DNA from: an uncultured Spirochaetaceae bacterium
Lineage (GTDB): Bacteria > Spirochaetota > Spirochaetia > SZUA-6 > DRHE01
DNA: 64,000 bases
NCBI GenBank assembly: GCA_964588355.1
Contig: CAZPPB010000005.1
Location: 218-64,217, forward strand
Reading direction: 5' to 3'
In this document: positions 54,751 through 63,243 of the stretch, piece after piece
Numbering within the stretch: position 1 is the first letter of the stretch
How the letters are laid out: the number at the start of each line of letters is the position of its first letter
Position numbers and translations under genes: made by a program
Notes under the pieces: generated by a model
Database searches by the model: none
Told to the model about the DNA's origin: nothing
Seen by the model: the letters and a program-made list of their open reading frames with translations, nothing else

Positions 54751-55979
54751 CGCACCATCTCCTTGTCAACTGAATATAGGTCTGCCGATCCGCCTACCGC
54801 TGCCGCGGAGGATCGTCCAAGCAGGCTCAGGTAACGCTCCTTCACCTCCCGCACCGCATCCTTCCAGCTCATGCACAGGCTCCTGCGAGCCCCTTCACCG
54901 TTCCGGTGGAGCAGTTGCTGATCTTCCAGGAGCAATGCGAGCTTTCCCGCATAAGCCTGCACCGAGTTTTCCGTGGCGAACCCGTTGTTGCCATCCACGA
55001 TCTGCTGCGCCGCTGCGGAACCTTCGATCACCACCGACGGCACCTCAAAGGCGGCCGCCTCCCGTACCACCAGCCCGCAGGTGTCGTAGAGGGAGGGAAA
55101 CAGGAAGCAGTCGGCGCGGGCGTAGCAGGCGGACAGGGCTTCCCGGTCCCGCAGCACTCCCACAAAGATCGTCCTCCGGTCCAGACCCAAACGAGACGAC
55201 ATCAGCCGCAGGGATTTCGCCGCATATCCCTCGCCGACAAAAGCCACTTTGAATCGCCCCCCCATCCTGTTCAGCAGTGACAGAGAACGCAGCAGGAAGG
55301 CCAGGTTCTTCTCCCAGGCGTGGTCGCCCACGTAGAGGAAGAGAAAATCCCGCCGGTCCAGCGAGAGGAAGTTCTCTCCCCGTTTCCGCAACTCCGCCGG
55401 ATCTGCGGGCAATCCGAAATCGATTCCATGTCTGACGATCTGGACGGCACCCCGGTATCCATATTCCCTCAGCGTCTCCACCGCCGCTTCCGTGGGCACC
55501 CATACCTGATCTGCCGAAGCGTAGAAATCGACGATCCGCTTCACCACCGGATCCACCAGGATCCGGTCGGCCAGGGCGCAACGGAGCATCACGTTTTCGA
55601 GCTTGTCCCGATACTTGCTGTGGAAGGTGGCTACGATCGGGATCCCTCTCTGTCTGGCAAGCTTCAGGGCAAATCTGCCGGCAAAAAACGGCGAGTGGGC
55701 GTGAACCAGGGCAAAGCTTCGGCCCCTGAGAGCCCTCTGCAGAGACATATCCAGCTGCGGCAAACCTACTCTGTAAGGCCTGCGGCCTATCAATGGAAGG
55801 GAGAAGAACCTGTACGTCCCCGAGGGCTGAATATCCGAATACCCGGGAACGGCCGGTACCACGGCGTAGGCCGGGCCGAGGGTCCGGTTCAGTTCAGACA
55901 GGTAGTTGCTGATCGTCAGGGACACGCCGTCCATGATCGGGAAATAGGAATCGCTGAACTGGCCGGTGACTATCTGCAT
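54747..55979 (-). CDS. GT4 glycosyltransferase (diacylglycerol glucosyltransferase/MGS-like)
   Basis: FSDSYFPIMDGV, HAHSPF, YVGDHAWEKN, FPSLYDTCGLVVREAAA; GAAGGGG SD before ATG 55979. Confidence 0.88.
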   Translation of the reverse strand: MQIVTGQFSDSYFPIMDGVSLTISNYLSELNRTLGPAYAVVPAVPGYSDIQPSGTYRFFSLPLIGRRPYRVGLPQLDMSLQRALRGRSFALVHAHSPFFAGRFALKLARQRGIPIVATFHSKYRDKLENVMLRCALADRILVDPVVKRIVDFYASADQVWVPTEAAVETLREYGYRGAVQIVRHGIDFGLPADPAELRKRGENFLSLDRRDFLFLYVGDHAWEKNLAFLLRSLSLLNRMGGRFKVAFVGEGYAAKSLRLMSSRLGLDRRTIFVGVLRDREALSACYARADCFLFPSLYDTCGLVVREAAAFEVPSVVIEGSAAAQQIVDGNNGFATENSVQAYAGKLALLLEDQQLLHRNGEGARRSLCMSWKDAVREVKERYLSLLGRSSAAAVGGSADLYSVDKEMVR

Positions 55980-56004
55980 TTCAATCCCCTTCCAGCAAAG
56001 GGAA

Positions 56005-56021
56005 AGCAATTCGCATGCCAT
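56005..56021 (-). promoter_or_regulatory. Sigma54 (-24/-12) promoter pointing into the GT4 operon
   Basis: Minus strand TGGCATGCGAATTGCT = GG-N10-GC, about 25 nt upstream of the GT4 ATG. Confidence 0.78.
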
Positions 56022-56098
56022 TGGAGCTTTCTTTTCTAATTCACTATTATGTGAAGAAATGTTGGAAGACTCTCATTCCGGATACCCGGGCGGGAGCG

Positions 56099-56124
56099 AC
56101 AACTCTGGTTGCAGGCCGGCAACC
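56099..56124. promoter_or_regulatory. Candidate upstream activator sequence for the left sigma54 promoter
   Basis: ACAACTCTGGTTGC overlapping the palindrome GGTTGC-N6-GCAACC, about 105-130 bp upstream of the predicted start. Confidence 0.55.
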
Positions 56125-56216
56125 GGGGCTTCTTCTTGATTGATGAATGAAGGCCGCCTATAATGCAAAGCAAAGGGGCAGGAAGCAGCCGCATCAACAG
56201 CGTAGACAGCGCAAAG

Positions 56217-59180
56217 ATGCCCGAGGAGAACCGTATTACCATCCTACCGTTCTGGCTGAACCTGGATTACTTCTCCGTACTTCGGCTGTCGAGCTTCATC
56301 ATTTCTCTGTGCATTGCCGTTTATCTGTTCAGGCTCAAACAGAGATCGGAATCGACTCTGTGGCTGGCCTGGGTGTTCAGCGGGGGCGCATTGCTCAACC
56401 TGTCGACCTTTTTGGAGTTTTCCGGTCCCTACTACTGGCAGCCCTACACCCTGAAAAACCTGCTCATGCCTTTTCTCCAGGCTCTGGCCGTGGCTGTTGC
56501 CGCCTTCTCCCTGCTGAGTTTTGTCTATCATTTCCCTCATTTCCAGAAACCCGATCGCCGTGAGTACCTCGTCGTCCGCTCTCTGTACATTCTGGCCAAT
56601 CTCCTTATTCTCGGATTGACCTACTACAACTTCATCTCCCTCAAGAGGCTGCGCGGCATCGTAGACTTCGAAAATACCTACTATATCTTCTTTTATACAA
56701 TTCTAGTCGCGGAGTTCACCCTGGCCGTGTTTCTGCTGCTGCGCAAATCCGTACGGTTTTCGACGGGCAAGGCCCACTCCTGGTGGCGCAAACTGATCAA
56801 CCCTCGGGGCAAGGATGCCCTGGCGGCCGGCTCTCTTGCCCTGGTGCTGGTCTTGCCCGCCGTGGTTCTGGTGGTGTACCTGCTGGAGAACCGGGGGTTG
56901 CTGCCGGTATATCTGGCAAACTACCTAATCTGGCTGATATTCCTGCTGTTCTACTGCAGCTTCGTCGTGACCTACCTCAATCACACGGTTGAACGCACGA
57001 CCCTCCAGGTGAAATTGGTGGGGGTAGTGCTCGTATTCGTCGTGGGGGTCCTCGGGCTGATATCCCTTTTTGCCGGCAGGGCGTACCAGCAAGACTACCT
57101 AAATAAGAACCTGGTCACCGACCGGAGGACCGTTCACTTCGCACTCCAGCAATTCGTCAGTTACACGATCTCCGCGGCTCCCTATCACTTCGATCCGGAG
57201 CTGGGATCGGAAATCGAGGTCGGCTTCAACCAGGCCGTAGCCTTGAAACTCCCCTTTGCCTTCCCCTTCTTCACCGACACCTATCGAACGGTGCAGCTGC
57301 TGCACGGCCCCATGATCCTGCTCGGGGAGGATGCCGGCGATAAGAGCTGGGGCGGATACGATCCCACGCCGGCGATCGCGCCGCTTCTAATGAATCTCGA
57401 CCCGAGCCAAGGGGGAGGCATCTACTGCAAGGAGCAGCCGGACCGGCTGACCATAACCTGGAACGAGTTGTCCGAGTACGGGCATGCCAACAAAAACACT
57501 ATCCAACTGGTGCTGCAGCAGGATGGCTCTATCGATTTCTCTTATAGGGAGATAAACATTGAAAGCGGCTACAGCCCGATCCAGATGTACGTGTACACCT
57601 CCGCCACCGTAACGGGGCATCATCCCGGCGCTGCCGGCCAGACGGCACCGGTCGGCCCCAGGCTTATTGGGATCCATCCGGGCAGCCGCCGGGCAGACCT
57701 GCACCGGGTTCGCTTCTCCGGAGGGCTTCCCTGCATCAGCAAGATTCCGGAGGTCCTGTTCGAAGCCTACGACATCGATTTTTATCGCCATCTTCACAGC
57801 CGCATGGCCGTTCTGGTTGTGGTCCTCATTGCCTCCACTATACTGGTGCTGTTTACCGTGCCGATCCTGTTCAGAACGAGCCTGATACGGCCGCTGCAGG
57901 CGCTGTACCGGGGAATGGAACGGGCCGACAGCGGCGACCTGGAGGTGAGCGTCACCCCCCAATTCAACGATGAGATCGGCGCCCTGACCCTGTACTTCAA
58001 CGGGATGCTGCAGTCCATCCAAAAGGAAGAGGCTAATTTCCTGACTCTGGCCGGAAACGCCCAAGACGGGATCCTGATCGTGCTGGAGGACGGCCGGATT
58101 GCCTATGCCAATAAAAGAGCGGTCGAGATCAGCGGTCGCGGCCCTGCCGGGCTCATCGGCACACCGGTCCAAGAGTTGATCCGATTCAAGCAGGCAACGG
58201 CCGCTTCCGAACAATTCTGGAAGAAGGCGAGTGAGCAGCAGGAGACCGAACACCTGGAAGGAAGCGTGCTCATCCCAGGCCGAGAACCTATACCGGTGGA
58301 GATGACCATCTCCAACACCTACTGGCACAGAATGCCTGCGGTCGTGGTGATCCACCGGGATATCAGCGAACGGATACGCAGAGAGGAACAGGATCGGCTG
58401 TACCAGCAGCTGCTCATCCAGATCGATAAGCTCACCACGTTGAGCATTCTGGCCTCCGCAGTGGCCCATGAAATCAACAATCCCAATCAGGCGATTCTCA
58501 ACCTGATCAGGGTCCTGAGTAAGGCCTGGAACGAAGTGCATCCTCACTTCACAAAACAGATCTCTGAGATCGAAGAAATCGAGATCGCCGGGTTCCCCCT
58601 GGACGAGCTGCTCGACAAAGTAGCGGTCTGGCTCACGGATATCGAGTCCAACTCGGAGCGGATCAACGGTATCGTGCAGGATCTGAGATCCTACATCCGG
58701 GGGGAGCCGAAAACGATGAGCAGCGTCGATCTGTCAACCGTGGTTCGCTGCGCCTTGGAACTGATGCACTATCACATCAGGAGGGCAACGGATCATTTCA
58801 TTCTTCAGCTGCAGGACACGCTCCCGTCCATTCGCGGAAATCCCCAGCAGCTCCAGCACGTGGTCATCAACCTGATCTTGAACGCCTGTCAGGCCCACCA
58901 GAATCGGGACACTCCCATCGAAGTCAGTACATCCTATGAGGAGGACCTGGGATCGGTCCGCCTGAAGGTGCAGGACCGGGGCTGCGGCATTCCCGAGGAC
59001 ATCATTGACAAGATCCGGGAACCCTTCTTCACGACCAGGCAGAAAGCCGGCGGCACCGGAATGGGCCTGTATATCGTTGCTTCCATCATCCAGGACCACA
59101 AGGGCACGCTGGAGTTCACATCGGTTGTAGGCAGCGGCACCACGGTCCTGGTTGACTTTCCCGCGGAGGATAGAAAATGA
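56217..59180 (+). CDS. Sensor histidine kinase: about 8 N-terminal TMs, NIDO-like extracytoplasmic domain, TM, HAMP, PAS, HisKA, HATPase
   Basis: AHEINNP, NLILNA, DRGCGIP, EPFFTT, GTGMGL; HAMP (PLQAL...DEIGAL...FNGM). Start uncertain (56217 or 56163). Confidence 0.92.
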   Translation: MPEENRITILPFWLNLDYFSVLRLSSFIISLCIAVYLFRLKQRSESTLWLAWVFSGGALLNLSTFLEFSGPYYWQPYTLKNLLMPFLQALAVAVAAFSLLSFVYHFPHFQKPDRREYLVVRSLYILANLLILGLTYYNFISLKRLRGIVDFENTYYIFFYTILVAEFTLAVFLLLRKSVRFSTGKAHSWWRKLINPRGKDALAAGSLALVLVLPAVVLVVYLLENRGLLPVYLANYLIWLIFLLFYCSFVVTYLNHTVERTTLQVKLVGVVLVFVVGVLGLISLFAGRAYQQDYLNKNLVTDRRTVHFALQQFVSYTISAAPYHFDPELGSEIEVGFNQAVALKLPFAFPFFTDTYRTVQLLHGPMILLGEDAGDKSWGGYDPTPAIAPLLMNLDPSQGGGIYCKEQPDRLTITWNELSEYGHANKNTIQLVLQQDGSIDFSYREINIESGYSPIQMYVYTSATVTGHHPGAAGQTAPVGPRLIGIHPGSRRADLHRVRFSGGLPCISKIPEVLFEAYDIDFYRHLHSRMAVLVVVLIASTILVLFTVPILFRTSLIRPLQALYRGMERADSGDLEVSVTPQFNDEIGALTLYFNGMLQSIQKEEANFLTLAGNAQDGILIVLEDGRIAYANKRAVEISGRGPAGLIGTPVQELIRFKQATAASEQFWKKASEQQETEHLEGSVLIPGREPIPVEMTISNTYWHRMPAVVVIHRDISERIRREEQDRLYQQLLIQIDKLTTLSILASAVAHEINNPNQAILNLIRVLSKAWNEVHPHFTKQISEIEEIEIAGFPLDELLDKVAVWLTDIESNSERINGIVQDLRSYIRGEPKTMSSVDLSTVVRCALELMHYHIRRATDHFILQLQDTLPSIRGNPQQLQHVVINLILNACQAHQNRDTPIEVSTSYEEDLGSVRLKVQDRGCGIPEDIIDKIREPFFTTRQKAGGTGMGLYIVASIIQDHKGTLEFTSVVGSGTTVLVDFPAEDRK

Positions 59181-60583
59181 GAAGCTCTCGTTACCCCGTA
59201 AATCCAATACTGATCGTGGACGATGAGGCATCCGTGGTTCAGGCAACGTCCGCCCTATTGACATCCCACGGCCTCAACAATCTTCTCGGCTGTCAGGACA
59301 GCCGAGAGGTGATGGCCATGCTCCGGGACAACGAGGTGGAGATTGTTCTGCTGGATTTGAACATGCCCCACATCACGGGCCGGAAGCTCCTGGATCAGAT
59401 CAGGGCGGAGTATCCCCACATCCCTGTGATCGTGGTCACTGCGGCCAACGAGGTGCAGACCGCGGTGGAGTGCATGAGAGCCGGAGTGTTCGACTACATG
59501 GTTAAGGCGATCGAGGAATCCCGACTGGTGAGCGGTGTTCGACGGGCCATTGAGAGCAGAGAGCAGGCGCGGAACTTGGCAGAGCTCCGATCCCGATTCA
59601 TGACAGGCGAGCTGAACCATCCGGAAGCATTCTCATCGATTATCACCCGCAGCAGCAAGATGAAATCGATCTTTATCTACATAGAAGCTATAGCCCATAC
59701 AACCGATCCGGTGCTGATCACCGGAGAGACCGGAGTGGGAAAACAGCTGATCGCCCGAGCTGTCCACGATGTCAGTAGACGAACCGGTGAGTTCGTCGAG
59801 GAGACTGCCGGCAGATTTGATTCGGAAAAGCTCGCAGACACTCTATTCGGACACGAAAAAGGGTCATTCACTCACGCAGTCGATTCCCGGGCGGGACTAA
59901 TCCATGAAGCGAAGGGAGGAACTCTTTTCCTCGACGAAATCGGTGACCTAAGCAAAGACGCACAGATCCAACTGCTGAAGTTTTTCGATACGGGAAAGTA
60001 CAGCCCCTTCGGCGCGGATCGGCCTAGACGATCCGATGTCCGAATAGTACTGGCCACCAACCGGAATTTGAAGGAGTTGATGGAAAAACACCTGTTCCGC
60101 AGAGACCTGTACTTCCGGATTTCGATCCACGAGATAACAGTGCCTCCGCTGCGGGAAAGGACGGAGGATCTGCCGCTGCTTCTCGAACATTTTACGAATT
60201 CGGCGGCTAAAGAATATAACAAAAACCATCTCGACGTTCCGGTGGGATTAGCTGGGCAGATATCCTCATACTCTTTTCCGGGAAATATCCGGGAACTTCA
60301 GAAGTGGGTGAAAAACGCCGTGCTTGCGGCCAAACCCTCCGACACTGTTCTTCCCGTCCGGCCTATACTAGAAGCGATGCGCCAGGGTGATCCTACCACT
60401 GGAGACGAGCAGCCGGAGGCCGGTCTGCTGTTCGGGGATATCCTGCCCACTGTGGAACAGGCAACACAGCTGCTAAGATATGAAGCCCTGGCGCGCAGCG
60501 GTGGCAACATCTCCGAAGCCGCCCGCCTTATCGGGATCTCCCACCAGGCTCTGAGCAAGTGGCTCAAAGATCACGGCGGTTGA
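59177..60583 (+). CDS. NtrC-family sigma54 response regulator (receiver, AAA+, HTH)
   Basis: LLDLNMP receiver, GETGVGK, LFGHEKGSFTHA, LFLDEIG, FRRDLYFRI, C-terminal HTH; ATGA overlap with the kinase. Confidence 0.93.
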   Translation: MRSSRYPVNPILIVDDEASVVQATSALLTSHGLNNLLGCQDSREVMAMLRDNEVEIVLLDLNMPHITGRKLLDQIRAEYPHIPVIVVTAANEVQTAVECMRAGVFDYMVKAIEESRLVSGVRRAIESREQARNLAELRSRFMTGELNHPEAFSSIITRSSKMKSIFIYIEAIAHTTDPVLITGETGVGKQLIARAVHDVSRRTGEFVEETAGRFDSEKLADTLFGHEKGSFTHAVDSRAGLIHEAKGGTLFLDEIGDLSKDAQIQLLKFFDTGKYSPFGADRPRRSDVRIVLATNRNLKELMEKHLFRRDLYFRISIHEITVPPLRERTEDLPLLLEHFTNSAAKEYNKNHLDVPVGLAGQISSYSFPGNIRELQKWVKNAVLAAKPSDTVLPVRPILEAMRQGDPTTGDEQPEAGLLFGDILPTVEQATQLLRYEALARSGGNISEAARLIGISHQALSKWLKDHGG

Positions 60584-60612
60584 AACGGCGATCAGCCATG
60601 CTTGCCGCCCCT

Positions 60613-60626
60613 GCAATCAAGGTTGC
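60613..60626. promoter_or_regulatory. Candidate upstream activator sequence for the right sigma54 promoter
   Basis: GCAATCAAGGTTGC (GCAA-N6-TTGC), about 105 bp upstream of the predicted start; resembles the left site. Confidence 0.55.
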
Positions 60627-60698
60627 GCCCTGCGCCGGCTCGAAAGGCTACTCCAGATCTATCTCTATGTATAGGTTGGAATTATTTGCACTAATGAT

Positions 60699-60715
60699 TT
60701 GGCACGATATTTGCG
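60699..60715 (+). promoter_or_regulatory. Sigma54 (-24/-12) promoter downstream of the response regulator
   Basis: TTGGCACGATATTTGCG, a near-perfect match to TGGCAC-N5-TTGC. Confidence 0.82.
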
Positions 60716-60729
60716 TTACCCTTTGCATC

Positions 60730-60903
60730 ATGGCCGTTCAAAAACAGCTGCCCATGAGACCCCGAAGCGGCTACCGCCTGGCTGCACTCAGGCCGGTCAT
60801 TCGCTGCTTCTGGAATCGAATCATCGTCGCGGTGGCAATCAGAGCAATACTGATCCTCTACGCCCTGCTGCAGTACGTTTTGACAAAATATCGAGCTGAA
60901 TAG
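60730..60903 (+). CDS. Putative small single-TM protein (57 aa, or 49 aa from ATG 60754)
   Basis: Basic N-terminus then IIVAVAIRAILILYALLQYVL; directly after the sigma54 promoter; no clear SD. Confidence 0.4.
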   Translation: MAVQKQLPMRPRSGYRLAALRPVIRCFWNRIIVAVAIRAILILYALLQYVLTKYRAE

Positions 60904-60943
60904 GGTGCGGCTACCTATGGTGCTGGCATGCCGCCTGCTTGCC

Positions 60944-61717
60944 TCAGGAGCCCAGCCGGTAGAGCCGAGCGGTGTTCCGGGCCACGGCTTCCATCACCTG
61001 TTGCTCGGGCACCCGCTTGATCTCCGCGATGGCCCGCGGAACCGCGGCGGTGTTGGCCGGCTCATTGCGCACGCCCGCCTCCGGTCCAAGGACCGGAGAG
61101 TCGCTCTCCACCAGCAGGCAGCTCAGAGGCAGGTGGCCGATCAGCTTCTGCTTCTGACGGGACCGTACCACGGATGGGGGAACCGAAAAGAAGTACCCCG
61201 CCTCCACGGCCGGCCGGGCCGTAGAGGCCTTGCCGTCGAAGGCGTGCATCTGTACCCGGTGAGCTCCCCGTTCCAGCAGCGCGGCGATGGTTTGCCGGCC
61301 TGCGGAGCGGGAGTGGACGTTGAGAGGCAGGTCCAGCTCTAGAGCCAGGTCGACGAAGCGCAGGAACAGCTCGCGCTGAAGCTCCTCCAACTCCGCCTGT
61401 TGCCCTTCGGGGGCTCTCTTCACGATCCAGTGATCCAGGCCTACCTCGCCCACGGCAACCAAACGGTCGCGCTCCCTGCGGATCAACTCGATCAGCGCCT
61501 CGGCTTCGCCCAGGTCGAATCGATCCGGATACAAACCCGCCGCCGGAAGCAGCAGCGGATCCTCCTCGGCCAGGGTCAGATTCTTGAGGGCATCCTCGAG
61601 GCTTTCCCCCACACACACCACTGCGGTCACCCCGGCCGTCCGGGCCCGGGAGAGCACATCGGCACGGTCGACGTCAAAAGCGGAGTCACACAGATGAGCA
61701 TGGGTGTCGATAATCAT
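60944..61717 (-). CDS. tatD: TatD-family deoxyribonuclease/hydrolase
   Basis: MIIDTHAHL, GLYP, VGEVGLD, VHSR, LVESDSP, RNEP. Confidence 0.92.
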   Translation of the reverse strand: MIIDTHAHLCDSAFDVDRADVLSRARTAGVTAVVCVGESLEDALKNLTLAEEDPLLLPAAGLYPDRFDLGEAEALIELIRRERDRLVAVGEVGLDHWIVKRAPEGQQAELEELQRELFLRFVDLALELDLPLNVHSRSAGRQTIAALLERGAHRVQMHAFDGKASTARPAVEAGYFFSVPPSVVRSRQKQKLIGHLPLSCLLVESDSPVLGPEAGVRNEPANTAAVPRAIAEIKRVPEQQVMEAVARNTARLYRLGS

Positions 61718-61838
61718 GCGGCGGCTTCGATTCTCCTCGAGACAAGAATGTACACCAGGGAATCTTCGGGGCACAAGGACCGGCGGATAATTATTCCGAC
61801 CCTGTACTCTCACCGCCGTTCAGGCTATCCTGAAAGTT

Positions 61839-63239
61839 ATGAGTTTTGTCATTCTCGGTGCCGGCGGCGTAGGTTTCCAGCTGGCCAAACAGCTCGTGGA
61901 CGAGGGCAAAGACGTAGTCCTGATCGAAAAGGACGCGGAGAAGGCTAAGCAGGCGAACAATCTGCTCGACTGCCTGGTGCTCAACGAGGTGGGGAACAAC
62001 CTGGACACCCTTCGCAGGGCCGGCATCGCCAGGGCGGAATACTTCATAGCGGTTACCGACTCGGACGAAATCAACATGATCGCCTGCGGTATGGTCTCCG
62101 GTGAATCCGGGGTGCCCTACAAGGTGGCGCGGATCCGCAACATCGACTACTCTCATACTCAAATCGTAGAGAGACCCTTCCTGGGCATCAATTATGTAGT
62201 CAATCCCGAGATCGAGGCTTCCAGGGCTATCATTGGGGCCATTGAGCGGGGCGCTGTGAGCGACGTTGTATTTTTCGAAAAGAGCATGCTCCAGATGCGA
62301 AGCCTCACGGTCTCCGGCAACTTGATGTTCGACAACAAGTCAGTGGAGGAGATCAAAGGCCTGGTCCAGGACAATTTCCTTGTGGCTGTGATCCTCAGGG
62401 AGAATCACTTCCTTATTCCGAAAGGCGACACCGTTGTAAGGGAAAACGACACGCTCTACCTGATCGCCACGGAGGAGAGCTTCGAAAACATCTTTTCTCA
62501 GGTGGGCAAGAAGCGGATGCCGACCAGGAGGATCGTTCTCATCGGGGGCAACACCGTCGGGCGCTACGTAGCCGAGCATTTCCTGGAGCGGAGGAAACCG
62601 GGCCTGTCGATCTTCAAGAAGCTGCTCCGGCCCTTCGCAACTGCGGGCAAACATCATGTGAGCATCATCGACAGCGATTACGACATCTGCAGTTATCTGG
62701 CCGACCATTATCCCGCCGCGATGGTGATCAACGCCAATATCTCCGACGAAGGCTTCAGTGATGAGCAGGAACTGGCCGAAGCGGACGTGGTAATCGCCAC
62801 GACGGAAAACCAGGAGCTCAACATCGTAAACACCGTGTACGCCAAGACGCTCGGAGCCAAGCGATCCATCGCCCTGGTCAAGAAGAGCAGCTACGTGCAG
62901 ATAGCCACGACCCTGGGTATCGATGTGGCCATCAGCCCGATCGACAGCATGGTAAGCAGCATACTGCAGTTCATCCGCACCAGCAATGTCCGCAGCGTAC
63001 ACAGCCTATCGGGCGGCAAGGTGGAGGTCACGGAGCTCTCCGTCTCTGAAGGCAGCCGGGTCAGAGACAGGCCGCTGCGCAAGGTAAAGCTTCCCCCGGA
63101 TACCTTGATTCTGTCCGTGATCCGGGGCGATGAGGACATCATCCCGGACGGTGACTATCACTTTCAGAGCGGAGATCATGTGATCGTGATTACCGGCCGG
63201 GAATCGGTATCGAAAGTCGAATCCCTGTTCATCGGATAG
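61839..63239 (+). CDS. trkA: Trk potassium uptake regulatory subunit
   Basis: Two RCK units: ILGAGGVG, DSDEINM..C, KVARIR, VNPE. Confidence 0.93.
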   Translation: MSFVILGAGGVGFQLAKQLVDEGKDVVLIEKDAEKAKQANNLLDCLVLNEVGNNLDTLRRAGIARAEYFIAVTDSDEINMIACGMVSGESGVPYKVARIRNIDYSHTQIVERPFLGINYVVNPEIEASRAIIGAIERGAVSDVVFFEKSMLQMRSLTVSGNLMFDNKSVEEIKGLVQDNFLVAVILRENHFLIPKGDTVVRENDTLYLIATEESFENIFSQVGKKRMPTRRIVLIGGNTVGRYVAEHFLERRKPGLSIFKKLLRPFATAGKHHVSIIDSDYDICSYLADHYPAAMVINANISDEGFSDEQELAEADVVIATTENQELNIVNTVYAKTLGAKRSIALVKKSSYVQIATTLGIDVAISPIDSMVSSILQFIRTSNVRSVHSLSGGKVEVTELSVSEGSRVRDRPLRKVKLPPDTLILSVIRGDEDIIPDGDYHFQSGDHVIVITGRESVSKVESLFIG

Positions 63240-63243
63240 GCGT

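Noticed and set aside
60559-60729. 114-aa version of the ORF after the response regulator
   Set aside because: Its 5' half overlaps the regulator stop, the UAS and the sigma54 promoter; only the part after the promoter is plausible.
61718-61838. c-di-AMP or other riboswitch before trkA
   Set aside because: The region is short and shared with divergent tatD; only a small TTCAGG/CCTGAA hairpin, with no aptamer motifs.
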